A DNA stretch of 64,000 nucleotides from Eledone cirrhosa (taxonomy: Eukaryota): NCBI GenBank assembly GCA_964016885.1, contig OZ024755.1:5208001-5272000 (forward strand). Reading direction: 5' to 3'. Position numbers and translations under genes: made by a program. Below the pieces are notes generated by a model. The model saw nothing but the letters and a program-made list of their open reading frames with translations, was not told the origin of the DNA and made no database searches. Within the stretch, counting starts at the first letter, position 1. Each line of letters starts with the position of its first letter. Below, piece by piece: positions 52,149 through 64,000 of this stretch.

Positions 52149-53089
52149 CCTTGTAGAAACAGAGCACTCTATTTCTTTTCACATACACACACAAATAGAA
52201 ACAAGAGCACATGTCTACACATATGTACACAACTAAATAACCAACTGGGAAATTATAATAATACATTGAAGTGAAAAGCAACAGGTGCATGTGTGTGTTA
52301 TTGGTAGTATGACCCTCCCAATACACACATGCATTGGAACTAACGCCCACTCGATCCTCTCCTGTTAACCAGCTGTGTGGTCATATACAGTAGTTTTATA
52401 ATGTGGTAATTCTCCTTATGCACACCACATGCCTGAACAAATATTCACACACACAACACCACAGCATGTACAAACCACACACTACACACACACACTATGC
52501 CAAACAGCATACACATCACACCACACTATACAAAGATACTGTAAACACACACTACACACCATACAAAGATACTGTAAAAACACTACACACACGCATGTAA
52601 AGAGAGCATGTTCCATAAGAAAGGCAACACAAGTGTGTAAAGCAAATCTGATCAAATTCCTTGATTGATAGATTGATTACTGATAGATATGCTGAGACAG
52701 TTGTCATGGACGAGGTAACAACAGTAACAACAACAGCATGAGCACCACCACCAACAACAACAACAACAACACCACCACCACCACCAACAACAACAACACC
52801 ACCACCACCACCAACAACAACAATATATGATGTTAGCTCAAATCATCATGTGAATGACATTTCTATAAGTGTCATTGACATTTTATACTTGATTTTGTCA
52901 AACACGACAAAAAAATGAACCATTATTTTTCTAATACCATGTAATTAAACAAATTACTGTACACATTAATAAGTTGATGTTTGCATCATTTACAGTTAAC
53001 AAGTATCCCAGCTGTTCAATCAATAAGACTACATATTTATTGATTTTCTCAAACAGGATATAGTAGAAAGGATCTTTTGGTTCTGTCAA

Positions 53090-54090
53090 GGACTGTGACA
53101 AACTCTCTAGTGTTGGTGCCATGATAATGATAAAAATGCTCTCAGTAGACTCTGTAAAGTGGTTGGAGCTAGGTCTAGGATTGTGACAAACTCTCTAGTA
53201 TTGGTGCCACGATAAAAATGCTCTCAGTAGACTCTGTAAAATGGTTGGAGCTAGGTCTAGGATTGTGACGAACTCTCTAGTGTTGGTGCCATGATAAAAA
53301 TGCTCTCAGTAGACTCTGTAAAGTGGTTGGAGCTAGGTCTAGGATTGTGACAAACTCTCTAGTATTGGTGCCACGATAAAAATGCTCTCAGTAGACTCTG
53401 TAAAATGGTTGGAGCTAGGTCTAGGATTGTGACGAACTCTCTAGTGTTGGTGCCATGATAAAAATGCTCTCAGTAGACTCTGTAAAGTGGTTGGAGCTAG
53501 GTCTAGGATTGTGACAAACTTTCTAGTGTTGGTGCCACGATAAAAATGCTCTCAGTAGACTCTGTAAAATGGTTGGAGCTAGGTCTAGGATTGTGACGAA
53601 CTCTCTAGTGTTGGTGCCATGATAAAAATGCTCTCAGTAGACTCTGTAAAGTGGTTGGAGCTAGGTCTAGGATTGTGACAAACTCTCTAGTATTGGTGCC
53701 ATGATAAAAATGCTCTCAGTAAACTCTGTAAAGTGGTTGGAGCTAGGTCTAGGATTGTGACAAACTCTCTAGTATTGGTGCCATGATAAAAATGCTCTCA
53801 GTAGACTCTGTAAAATGGTTGGAGCTAGGTCTAGGATTGTGACGAACTCTCTAGTGTTGGTGCCATGATAAAAATGCTCTCAGTAGACTCTGTAAAGTGG
53901 TTGGAGCTAGGTCTAGGATTGTGACAAACTTTCTAGTGTTGGTGCCACGATAAAAATGCTCTCAGTAGACTCTGTAAAATGGTTGGAGCTAGGTCTAGGA
54001 TTGTGACAAACTCTCTAGTATTGGTGCCATGATAAAAATGCACTCAGTAAAGTGGTTGGCACTATGAATGACATCCAGCCTTAGAAACTA
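53090..54090 (+). repeat. 82-bp satellite, ~12 units, SINE-derived, with dimeric higher-order pattern
   Basis: Period 82 (53161 to 53243); unit contains TTGGTGCCA(C/T)GATAAAAATGCTCTCAGTAGACTCTGTAAA(A/G)TGGTTGG, homologous to the SINE tail at 5132-5180. Confidence 0.9.
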
Positions 54091-54194
54091 TTCTGATTGT
54101 GGAAGGTATGAACAAGATTTGGTAATATGATCTATCTAGTCTCACAGAATGATAATCTGACCAACTCATATATTTCTATGTAATATTTTATAAG

Positions 54195-54537
54195 GCCCCC
54201 GTCGGTTACTAATGACCATGGGTTTTACACCTAGAAAGTTTCCCCCTGAGGCACAATCCTGGGTAAGGTTTGTTTGTAGAAGAGCTGCAGTCAATCATGT
54301 ATACCAGTTTTCCCTCTCCATGCTCCCAATGTTGTCCAAGGGAAAGGCAAGGGCTGATACAGCTTGGTACCAGTAACATTGCAAGTCATTTCTACAGATG
54401 AATGAACTGGAGCAATGTGAAATAAAGTGTCTTGCTCAAGGACACAAAGAACACAACACATCACCCAGTCCAAGACTCAAACTCACAACCTCTCAATTGC
54501 AAGCCCAACACGCTAACCACTAAGCCATGCACCTTCA
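54195..54537 (-). mobile_element. tRNA/CORE-like SINE with long tail
   Basis: GGAGCAATGTGAAATAAAGTGTCTTGCTCAAGGACAC...CTAACCACTAAGCCATGCACC. Confidence 0.7.
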
Positions 54538-55021
54538 CATACCTAATATATAGATATGAAAATATCAAAAGATTACTGATGATTCTTCAATATTAATTGG
54601 TGTCTTGTTGAAGCAATCAGCAACTCTGATATTCAAATAATTAGATTGAAATAAATAGATTCAAATGTGTAACCCTCTAACTTTTCTCTCAGAGCTTGGA
54701 GAGTTCCCTGTTTGAGTTGCCTTCCTTAAGCTGAAGTACCTCTTGATAAACATTTAATTAGGCTACATCTAATTATAAAGTTCCATCTTTGCTGTTTAAC
54801 AGATTCTTAATTGTTCATATTCAGGAGGCGAACTTTTAGAGAGAGAGAGAGAGAGAGACATCCTTTGATAAGTTTGTCATCAAATTAAAACCTTAATTAC
54901 CTCAATTACCAAATGTCTTACTAGTAACATTATTCATAAACACACACACACACATCATCATCATTTTACATTTCTTGTTCCACACCTTGCATAGGTTGGA
55001 CATGTCCTTCTCCAACCCATG

Positions 55022-55062
<41 letters not shown>

Positions 55063-55066
<4 letters not shown>

Positions 55067-55302
55067 TTATTAAAATAACAGATTAAAGTTTAAGCAAAGA
55101 ATTGCTGCTTTCACCCTTAACGGGATCTTCTGAAACTCAGAAGTTTCAGAAGATCCCGTTAAGGGTGAAAGCAGCGATTCTTTGCTTAAACTTTAATCTG
55201 TTATTTTAATAAATATTTGCTCTATGGTTCTTATATATTTGATATATATTTTCCTTATCGAGCCCTCTTTGGATTTTAGTCTTCAATTTTATTATTATTA
55301 CT
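55063..55302 (+). mobile_element. (TA)n-embedded fold-back element (75-bp arms, 4-nt loop) with hammerhead-like fold at 55140-55194
   Basis: Inverted repeat 55063-55137 / 55142-55216; GAAGTTT-CAGAAGA-tCCC gttaa GGGt-GAAAGCA..TGCTT-AAACTTT. Confidence 0.7.
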
Positions 55303-55334
55303 ATATATATATATATATATATATATATCATACT

Positions 55335-55760
55335 CATCATCATCATTACTATTTTATGTCCACTTTTCCATGCTTGCTTTCATAGGATGGGTTATTTCCA
55401 GCAGCAAATCATCTCTCCAATCCCCTGTCTTTCATCATCTCCTCTTTGATATTCAGTGTAATAAAACCAACTCTCAACACTTTTTCCCCATTTTACCTCG
55501 TTTGACCTCGGTCTTCTTCTACTACAGCTTCTTTCCATCAAGAACTTTTGGCACTTCTTAACCCAACGATCACCCTCCATGTGCATCACATGACTATACC
55601 AACACAGTCTTTTCTCTTGTTCTTCCACTACAGCTTCCTTTTGCCAAGAACTCCTGCCACTTCTTAACCCAATGGTCATCCTCCATGTGCATCACATGAC
55701 CATGACAGGGCCATCACATGGCTATACCAACAGTCTTTTCTCTTACACACTACATTTATA
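55335..55760 (-). mobile_element. RTE-clade LINE 3' fragment with internal duplication and (GAT)n tail
   Basis: EKRLCWYSHVMHMEGDRWVKKCQKFLMERSCSRRRPR (RLRWYGHVxRM motif); tail GCAAGCATGGAAAAGTGGACAT..GATGATG. Confidence 0.75.
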
Positions 55761-57179
55761 CCCAGTTTTCTCTCTCTCAGCCCAACCATGCTTTATTGTT
55801 CATGAAATAAATGAAGTCAAATTTCTTGGAAAGAATTAGTGAATTTTATTTAGAAACCAGTGTGCATCTATATCATTTGAGAAGCAATAGAAACATAAAA
55901 CTGGGGATTTTTGAAGAGAGGGGGGGGGGGGGGGGGGGACAAGGAGGAACTAATTTATAAATTGTGGTTAGATTTTTTTGGAGGGGTAAGGAATTGTCAA
56001 CAATATAGTAGTAAAACAAACAAACAAGGGTTTGCAAGAATACATAGGGTGAAGATTGGGGGGGGGGGGGGGGGAGGGAAAGAGGGATGTAGGAAGGAGG
56101 GTCAGCTTAAATTAAATTGGATTAGGCTGGATCTGCACAAGAATGCATAAGTGGGGATTTAGAAAATAAACAAATAAACAAAACAAACAAAACAAAGAAA
56201 CAATGAAAGGACGAACAGACAGACAGACAGACAAACAGACAGGTAGACAGACAGACAGGTTGATTGATTGATAAAAAAAAATATATGGAAATAAAAGTGG
56301 GTGGTGGAGTGGAATGACGAGGAGCAGGGCAGGACAGGATAGGATGTCGGGTAAAGTTGTCTGATAGGTTATTGATCTTGTTTGTTTTGAGAGATGATTG
56401 GAGCAATATTAATGAGAAAGCCTGAGAAGTTAAGCAGCAGCAGCAGTAATAGTAGTAGTTGTAGTCGTAGTAGTAGTTAGCAGTGGAAGATAGAGCCTAT
56501 GAAAGTTGGGTTTTTTGGGTGGTAAGGGTTAAATAGAACCCCTTATCCCGTCAAAAAAAAAAAAAAAAAATTGATGGTTGTGGTGGTGGTGGTGGCATAG
56601 AGAAAGTGATATGATGATGATGATGATGGTGGTATTTTGAAGAGATGTAGTGGCGGTGGTGGTAGAGTGAGAAGGTTATGTAGGGAAATTGTTAAGTATA
56701 TATATATATATATATCTCAATGATATAATTATACAATATAACAGATTGTAAAAATATTTTTGTTTTTCTTCTTCTTATGGTAATGGTGATGGTGATGATG
56801 ATGATGATGATGATAAAGGATTGCTTAAAGAACTTGGAAGATTCCAGAAAGAATCCCAAGTTCTAAAAAAAAACCCTGAAATTATAGAATTTTTAATTAA
56901 TATTTTCTTGAAATTTTCTTGAAATTTGACAGATTATTTTATAAATTAATCATGATGGTGATGATGATGATGACGGTGATGATGATGATGGCGATGATGG
57001 TGGAGAAGGAGTGTTTGAGGTGGGGTATGTGACGAGTGTTGGGGTGGTGGTGGTGGTGGTGGTGGGGGGGGGGGAACTGAAATGACCTGCAGACATCATT
57101 TATCTGTTTGTAGTAGTTTCAAGTTGACAAAATTGTCTGCCAATGGTATTGACAGACATAAAGAAGTCAGAAGTAGTAG

Positions 57180-57210
<31 letters not shown>

Positions 57211-57282
57211 TGACATCTTGGTGGTCGAGGTGATGGTGGTGGTGGTGGTGAAGCACTTGGGAGAGTAACTGATGGTAAGGGA

Positions 57283-57610
57283 GTGACAGACTGATAGACA
57301 GAGATAGGAGAAAGAGGGTAAGAAGGGGTGACAGACTGATAGACAGAGATAGGAGAAAGAGGGTAAGAGGGGGTGACAGACTGATAGACAGAGATAGGAG
57401 AAAGAGGGTAAGAGGGGGTGACAGACTGAGAGACAGAGATAGGAGTAAGAGGGTAAGAGGGGGTGACAGACTGATAGACAGAGATAGGAGAAAGAGGGTA
57501 AGTGGGGGTGACAGACTGATAGACAGAGATAGGAGAAAGAGGGTAAGAGGGGGTGACAGACTGATAGACAGAGATAGGAGAAAGAGGGTAAGAGGGGGTG
57601 ACAGACTGAG
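57283..57610. repeat. 45-bp minisatellite, ~7 units
   Basis: GGGGGTGACAGACTGATAGACAGAGATAGGAGAAAGAGGGTAAGA; period 45. Confidence 0.95.
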
Positions 57611-57845
57611 AGAGAAGGGGTGAGAGAGAGAGGGGGAGTGAGGGAAGGCAGTGCAGAGGTGCAACAGCAGAAGAGAGCATGAAAGGAGGAGGAGGAAGAG
57701 GTGGGGGACTGTTGTTGTTGATGGTAGTGGTGGTGGGGATCTGTAAGATAACAATCACAAGGCATTAGCAGGTGGGCGGTGGGGGTGGGTAGGTGGGTGG
57801 TGGTGATGGTTGGGTGGGAAAGGAAAAAACCCAAAATAAACAAGC

Positions 57846-58210
57846 ATATACATATATATGTATATATGTATATATATATGTATATATGTATATATATGTG
57901 TTTATATATATATATGTATATATATGTGTTTATATATATATATGTATATATATGTGTTTATATATATATATGTATATATATGTGTTTATATATATATATG
58001 TATATATATGTGTTTATATATATATATGTATATATATGTGTTTATATATATATATGTATATATATGTGTTTATATATATATATGTATATATATGTGTATA
58101 TATATATGTGTATATATATGTGTATATATATATATGTATATATGTGTATATGTATATATATATATGTATATGTATATGTATATATATGTATATGTATATA
58201 TATGTATATG

Positions 58211-58243
<33 letters not shown>

Positions 58244-58702
58244 GTGTATGTATATGTATATATATGTGTGTATATATATGTATATATATGTATATGTATA
58301 TATATGTATATGTATATATATGTATATATATATATGTATATATATGTATATATATATATGTATATATATATATGTATATATATATATATGTATATATATA
58401 TATGTATATATATGTATATATATATGTATATATATATATGTATATATATATGTATATATATATGTATATATGTATATGTATATATATATGTATATATATA
58501 TATGTATATATGTATATGTATATATATATGTATATATATATATGTATATATATATATACATATATATATACATATATATATACATATATATACATATATA
58601 TTCATATATATATATGTATATATATATATACATATATATATATGAATATATATGTATATATATGTATATATATATGTATATATATATGTATATATGTATA
58701 TG

Positions 58703-58734
<32 letters not shown>

Positions 58735-59012
58735 CATATATATATATGAATATATATGTATATATATGTATATATATGTATATATATGTATGTATATATG
58801 TATATATATATGTATATATATGTATATATATATATACATATATATATGTATATATATATATACATATATATATATGTATATATATATATATGTATATATA
58901 TATATACATATATATATATGTATATATATATATACATATATATATATGTATATATATGTATATATATATATATGTATATATATATATGTATATATATATA
59001 CATATATATATG

Positions 59013-59059
<47 letters not shown>

Positions 59060-60831
59060 GTATATATACATATATATATATATGTATATATATATATATG
59101 TATATATACATATATATATATGTATATATACATATATATATATGTATATATATATATATGTATATATATGAATATATATATGTATATATATATGTATATA
59201 TATATATGTATATATATGTATATATATATATATGTATATATATGAATATATATGAATATATATGTATATATATATGTATATATATATGTATATATATGTA
59301 TATATATGTATATATATATGTATATATATGTATATATATATGTATATATATGTATATATATATGTATATATATGTATATATGTGTATATATATGTGTATA
59401 TATGTATATATATATGTATATATATGTATATATATATGTATATATGTGTATATATATATGTGTATATATATATGTGTATATATATATGTATATATATATG
59501 TATATATATATGTGTATATATATATGTGTATATATATATGTATATATATGTATATATGTGTATATATATATGTGTATATATATATGTGTATATATATATG
59601 TATATATATATGTATATATATATATATGTATATATATATGTATATATGTATATATATATATATGTATATATATATGTATATATATATGTATATATGTGTA
59701 TATATATATGTGTATATATATATGTGTATATATATATGTATATATATATGTATATATGTGTATATATATATGTGTATATATATATGTGTATATATATATG
59801 TATATATATATGTATATATATATATATGTATATATATATGTATATATATATGTATATATATATATATGTATATATATATGTATATATATATGTATATATA
59901 TATATATGTATATATATATGTATATATGTATATATATATATATGTATATATATATGTATATATGTATATATATATATGTATATATATATGTATATGTATA
60001 TATATATGTATATGTATATATATGTATATGTATATATATATGTATATGTATATATATGTATATGTATATATATGTATATGTATATATATGTATATGTATA
60101 TATATATGTATATATATGTATATGTATATATATGTATATGTATATATATGTATATATATATGTATATGTATATATATATGTATATGTATATATATGTATA
60201 TGTATATATATATGTATATGTATATATATGTATATGTATATATATGTATATGTATATATATGTATATATATATATGTATATGTATATATATATGTATATG
60301 TATATATATGTATATGTATATATTATATATATATGTATATATGTATATGTATATATATGTATATATATATATGTATATATATGTATATATATATATGTAT
60401 ATATATATATGTATATGTATATATATATGTATATATATATGTATATATATATGTATATATATGTATATATATATGTATATATATATATGTATATGTATAT
60501 ATATGTATATGTATATGTATATGTATATATATATGTATATATATATATGTATATGTATATATATGTATATGTATATATATATGTATATATATATGTATAT
60601 ATATGTATATGTATATATTTATTATGTATATATATATGTATATATGTATATGTATATATATGTATATATATATGTATATATGTATATGTATATATATATG
60701 TATATATGTATATGTATATATATATGTATATATGTATATGTATATATATGTATATATATATGTATATATATGTATATATATATGTATATATGTATATGTA
60801 TATATATATGTATATATGTATATGTATATAT

Positions 60832-60864
<33 letters not shown>

Positions 60865-61159
60865 TATATATATGTATATATATATATATATGTATATATA
60901 TATGTATATATATATATGTATATATATATGTATATGTATGTATATGTATATATGTATATATGTATATGTATGTATATGTATATATGTGTATGTATATGTA
61001 TATATGTATATGTATATATGTATATGTATATGTATATATATATATGTATATGTATATATATATATGTATATGTATATATATGTATATGTATATATATGTA
61101 TATGTATGTATATGTATGTATATATATATATATATATGTATATATATGTATATATATAT

Positions 61160-61193
<34 letters not shown>

Positions 61194-61236
61194 GTATATG
61201 TATATATATGTATATATATATATATGTATATATATG

Positions 61237-61267
<31 letters not shown>

Positions 61268-61412
61268 GTATATATATGTATATATATATATATATGTATA
61301 TATATGTATATATATATATATATGTATATATATGTGTATATATATATATATATGTATATATATGTATATATATAGATATATATGTATATATATGTGTATA
61401 TATATATACATA
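57846..61412. repeat. ~3.6-kb compound (TA)n/(TATG)n microsatellite
   Basis: Nearly pure alternating TA with interspersed TG/CA. Confidence 0.97.
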
Positions 61413-61702
61413 CATACTCACATGTATATATAAACAGTGAAACAAAACAAAACCCAACAAATAGGTAGACAAACAAATCAACCGGATTTATCTTTGTTTT
61501 TTTTCTTCTTTTAATGATTCGGTATTTATTATTATTATTATTATTTTCATTAGAAATAATATTTCTGGGATTTGGGTGTTCATGGTTTAGGCAGCCATTT
61601 TTCTATTGGGAGTGGGGCTGGTCAAGTATTTGAGGAGTATTTATTTTTTTTTTGGATTGTCCTTATCAGTAGTTGTATAATAATAATAATAATAATAATA
61701 GT

Positions 61703-61952
61703 TATAATTTCTACTTTTGGCACAAGGCCAGCAATTATCCCAGTGCATTACTGGTACTTTATTTTATCGACCTCCGTAAGGATGAAAGGCAAAGTTAACC
61801 TTGGCGGGATTTGAACTAAGACCATAAAGGGCCGTAACTCTATGCTGGAAAGCATGGTGTTCGACCTTCTACAGATACTGTCAATTCACCGCCCATTCAT
61901 TTTATCGACCCCGTAAGGATGTCGATAAAATAAAGTACCAGTAATACACTGG
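61703..61952 (-). mobile_element. Young tRNA-SINE followed by short direct and inverted SINE fragments
   Basis: Family consensus at 61703-61895; TTTTATCGACCCCGTAAGGATGTCGATAAAATAAAGTACCAG fold-back at 61900-61952. Confidence 0.8.
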
Positions 61953-62386
61953 AATAATAACAATAATAATAATAATAGTTGTATGTGAGACTCAGTGGCT
62001 TTTGTTTTAGTGTTCTTATTTTGAAAAAAAAAGAATAAACAACAAAAATGCTACTACCCCAGCATGGCCATAAGCCATGGTCTGGAACAGGTAAAAGAGG
62101 TTAGTTAGGTTTATAATGGAAACCCCATATTATTTAAAAAAAAAAAAAAAAAATTTAAAATGTACAGAGATTTGTGTTTTGCTTCTGCCCCTCCCCCTCT
62201 CCATACATACATACACACACACAAAATTGTTCTTTTAAAAACAATACTTAACAAAGTTTGTCTCTATGTATATTTAATATCCACCCTATCACCAGTGTTA
62301 TAACCAATCTGGATTATTTTTGTTTATTTTATTTTTATTCTTTACATCACTTTGAATAACATTTTTTTTTGCCAGGATAGGGAAGA

Positions 62387-62425
<39 letters not shown>

Positions 62426-62616
62426 CAACGGAAAATTTCTTTCTTTCTGTTTTTCTTCTTAAAATATCAAGATTTAGTTGCTATATATATATTTTGCATA
62501 TAATCTTAAATTATCTTTTTTGATTTCTTATGGGCTATTGAGGTAACATGAGGCTTCATATATACCTTATCATACCAATAAATATTTAGCTTAGTTGTCA
62601 GCCTTGTATATATGTA

Positions 62617-62653
<37 letters not shown>

Positions 62654-63360
62654 ATATATATATATATATATAATTGTTTGTATGTATGGATGTATTTTCT
62701 TTTGAAGGGGGTGATAATTGGGGGTGATGTGGTGGAGGGGCAAGGTTTGAAAAATAAATTGTAACACATCAAAGTAGCGTTGCCATGGGGACTTTTGTAC
62801 TGCCTATATGTCAATCAATAAGAACATATATATATACTTATATACATATATACACACATATATATATATATATATACATACACAAACACACACATATATA
62901 TATATTATTGTTATTATTATTCTCATTATTATTAATATTTTTCTGTAAAATTATTTTTCTTTTGGGGGGAGAGGAGAGAAAGGGATTGGGGCATTCTTTT
63001 GTGTGTAATACAAATATACATGGAATGGATATGGTTTTAAAAAAACACAAAAAATACAAAAACAAAAGGGTTTTGACCATAGGCAGTATCAAAGAAGAAT
63101 TCATTTTTATCTTCGCAACGAAAATATTTTTCTTTTTCTTTTTTTTTTCTTTCTTCAAAACAATGATTATCATAACATTAATTGTTCTTTTTTGTTAAAA
63201 TTAATTATTCTTTTTTTTTTTTTTCAATTTCAAATATTTTCTTTTCTCTTTTTTTGTACCTAATAACACCAAATAATGTTTGTTTGAAACATACATAAAA
63301 GACTGAATCTTATATATATATATATATATATATATTTGTTTATTTTGCTTTTGTTCCTGT

Positions 63361-63400
<40 letters not shown>

Positions 63401-64000
63401 TATAATGGTGGTTAATGTATAGTAATAAAAAGGTTGGGGAACCATAAATGAAATGGATGTAAGATTAGTTTTGCTGGTATCAACAGAATATGAATCACGG
63501 ACGGACGTGTATATATATCTTCTTTTATTGTTGGTACCATCTTTGGTTTGCAAGTATTGTTGTTTTATTTATTTAAGTAATCATAATCACTGTATTTCCT
63601 CGGGTTGAAGATGTTCCGATGTCATGGATACACTCCCATTTTCTGTTGCTAAATTTTAACAAATGAAAGTTTAATATAAAAGCAAAACTTTCACTTTTAT
63701 GACTTTTGGGTCGCCAAAAAAGCTGGCTAAATTTTCCAAACTTATTGCGGAAAAAGACCCAGTATCTTCCATGCCAAGAAATATGGTAATTAGAATTATT
63801 TATTGATTATTATAATTAATTACTATGAATGTTTTCAGAAAGCTGGAACAATGCAAGTTAGAAATTCACGAGTGAAAACATAACAGCTTGCACTTTTGAA
63901 AAAATGAAAAGAGGATCTTAACCCCGAAATATAAAATAAAGTAGTAGTGTAAACTGTTGATTTGTTTTTCTTACTTAACTCTGGTTTTCACTCTTTTATT

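Noticed and set aside
51025-52350. 441-aa ER/RA-rich ORF and overlapping SL-rich ORFs
   Set aside because: Translation of the (CT/CG)n array.
57096-57843. ORFs with 15-aa repeats (SVTPSYPLSPISVYQ)
   Set aside because: 45-bp minisatellite open in three minus-strand frames; no splice or homology support.
57779-61481. Long ORFs up to 959 aa (YI/IY/CI-rich)
   Set aside because: Stop-free read-through of the TA/TATG microsatellite in multiple frames on both strands; not coding.

Overview
AT-rich, repeat-saturated metazoan non-coding DNA. The SINE families and the huge (TA)n/(TATG)n/(CA)n/(CCA)n arrays look most like an octopus (coleoid cephalopod) genome; this is an inference. No intact host gene, rRNA, tRNA or CRISPR is supportable, and almost every ORF in the track is a microsatellite read-through. 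Contents: about 20 copies of a young ~190-bp tRNA-derived SINE (some with target-site duplications, TSDs) plus older SINEs; 3' fragments of RTE, CRE-like and Tx1/L1 LINEs; piggyBac-, Tigger- and Tc1/mariner-type MITEs; and 14-, 45-, 50-, 53- and 82-bp tandem arrays, two of them derived from SINE tails. Two signals stand out. (1) Several sequence families of short, mostly fold-back elements, mostly embedded in (TA)n, each carry a type-I hammerhead-ribozyme-like fold; one is a 1,060-bp near-perfect palindrome. They are best read as Penelope-like pseudo-LTR (pLTR) or retrozyme-type inserts. (2) Four 5'-truncated copies of a Tx1-like LINE all sit in GATA/TCTA-type repeats, suggesting microsatellite-specific targeting. 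Coordinates were read by eye and may be off by a few bases.
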